Origin: Catajapyx aquilonaris
Taxonomy: Eukaryota
Assembly: GCA_000934665.2 (NCBI GenBank)
Contig: KZ537972.1
Span: 1 to 64,000, forward strand
Reading direction: 5' to 3'
DNA length: 64,000 bases
The notes beneath the pieces were generated by a model, which saw only the letters and a list, made by a program, of their open reading frames with translations, did not search any database and was not told the DNA's origin. Every line of letters begins with the position of its first letter. Within the stretch, counting starts at the first letter, position 1. Both the position numbers and the translations under genes were made by a program. Positions 62,301-64,000 of this stretch are shown here, piece by piece.

Positions 62301-64000
62301 CCGTTTGTGCCGGGCCGAAAGAGGATTTAAGACCTGAACACTGGGCCAAGCTTTTCCTATATACTGGTGTAAATATACACTTGCTAATTAATTAGGTAAT
62401 GCGGCATAGCTAGGGCACAAATTAGTTTGGCTGGCGATGCGAGCCTGTCGGATGACTATTTTTTATTCGCGCACAAACAGTCCGAAACAGTCCATGTTAC
62501 CATATTCCCGTAGCGTCCGATTTCATTTCGCTTGACATGCTTCAAAGCCATGTGCGTGGTGCATTGGGCGTGTGGTTCCAACTGCGGGCGGATCGTTTTC
62601 CCCCTCAGTCTGCCCCCTAAATAACTCGCCGAAATGGAATATGTCATAGGGGGCCTAAACTTGGGACACTGACCATAATGCTATGGGGGCGAGTTGGATA
62701 GAGGGGACCAGGGGACGCTTGAAAATCGAGGGGGGGATGGTGCAATATGGTGTCTTCGCAGGCGGTCGTATTTGGGGTTTGGACTAGCGGATACCGAACT
62801 TTGGGCTGTGAATAAGGCTGGTGCATCTTCGGTTATTGTGGTTCCAGATTGTTATTACAACTATTTTATAGTGCTGTGCCAGACCCGAAGCAAACTCGCC
62901 GCGTCGTATGACGTAAATCTTGATATTTGTACAAACTGCATTAGCCTATTGATTTATATCGATTACTACAGGAGGGTTAGGCGAAAATGGGGCGACAGAA
63001 TGCTGGACCGAAAGAGACTTCGTGTGTTATTTAAATAGCATGTGGTTGTGCAACGTGACGCCGACCTAGATCTGTAAACGTGACTTTCCAGTCGTTCCCT
63101 TTGTTGGTACAATCCAATTTTTATAAGTTTACGTTACTAATTGCCACGCGAACTATTTTTGGCGTAATGTAAAATAATAATAAGCTCCCATGTACTGTTT
63201 GCGCCAAAGTACAAAATTGCTGTTGCTAAGTATAGCGAAACAAACGACTTCCCAGAAGAAAAAACAAACTTGGTATGAAACTGGTATTAAATAGGACCGA
63301 AATAGGATTAATATAATAATACTCTCATTTAGATTAACGGCATTAAAATCCGGGACGTTTTAATAGGCGGCATAAAAGCATCCAGTATGTGGAATTTATC
63401 GAGAACCGCATGGTATTTTGCTTCTTTCTACTCGTACAATAAGCTGGTGCAAAACTGAATGAGTTTATATACCGCATATAAGCCTGGTATTGGAGCCACA
63501 TGAGATAATGCCAGGCCCTATCAAAGAGAATCTAATTTGACAATTTAGGCAGGGAAGCCAGTTGCAGCAGGGGGGGGGGTCTCCATTTTTGATGGCGGAA
63601 ACTATAGTTTCCAAATTAATCTGGAAGCACGAGGGTGACATCGTACGTTTGTGTCGCGGACCATTTCGCCCTCCCTTTTCCGAAAGTGAGCATAACTTGA
63701 CGATATGGATCTGCCACTGAGAGGAGGATTTCCGGCGAGAAGTTGAGATGATCCTGTGAAAATCCGGCTGGAATGAGTCTGAGGGATAAAGCCCAAAAAC
63801 GGAAATGTGGGAGAGGTTTTTTGGGGGGGAACCGGAGGCTATGTGCGTGTATAGGCAGCAGGCTATACCAAGAGCACAGCATTTATTCATTACTAGTCAT
63901 CATGGAAGCCGGCCGGTAATAAAGAGGCTAATGTGGGAAGTTGGGTTTGTAGTTGAGCCCTAGCTGGAAGTCTAGCACTCCATTTCCATCCACAAGCTCG

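Noticed and set aside
41700..64000. Numerous 60-190 aa ORFs in the distal 22 kb (e.g. 52587-53153, 52096-52470, 61093-61473, 63465-63890)
   Set aside because: No recognisable domains, no liprin-alpha coiled-coil exon and no consistent exon chain; expected by chance in sequence of this composition. A small nested gene cannot be excluded without RNA data.

Overview
Eukaryotic (arthropod, most likely insect) genomic DNA with GT-AG spliced genes. The first ~39 kb is a dense housekeeping cluster. It holds the last three coding exons of the exosome nuclease DIS3/RRP44 (+), a complete 8-exon acid ceramidase ASAH1 (+), a complete 14-exon PAF1-complex subunit CTR9 (+, ~1510 aa, with a hugely expanded Ser/Arg/Lys tail), TMEM183 (-) and the first coding exon of liprin-alpha (+). 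The remaining ~25 kb is apparently one long liprin-alpha intron with no recognisable exon. The main unusual structure is an old ~6-7 kb tandem duplication running from CTR9 intron 10 to the TMEM183/liprin-alpha bidirectional promoter. It left a copy of the liprin-facing promoter directly in front of a copy of the CTR9 terminal exons. That copy has a newly created ATG, intact splice sites, an open ~362-codon frame and a conserved poly(A) signal, making it a candidate young chimeric gene for a TPR-less RS-domain protein. Introns carry many tRNA-derived SINEs (several sharing a 3' tail), MITEs (piggyBac-, Kolobok-, Harbinger-, Tc1/mariner- and pogo-like) and a decayed mariner. Other candidates are an RSS-like Transib-type end, a recursive-splicing ratchet point, a CTCF-like motif cluster and several decayed multi-exon relics. 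All coordinates were read by eye; no database searches were run.
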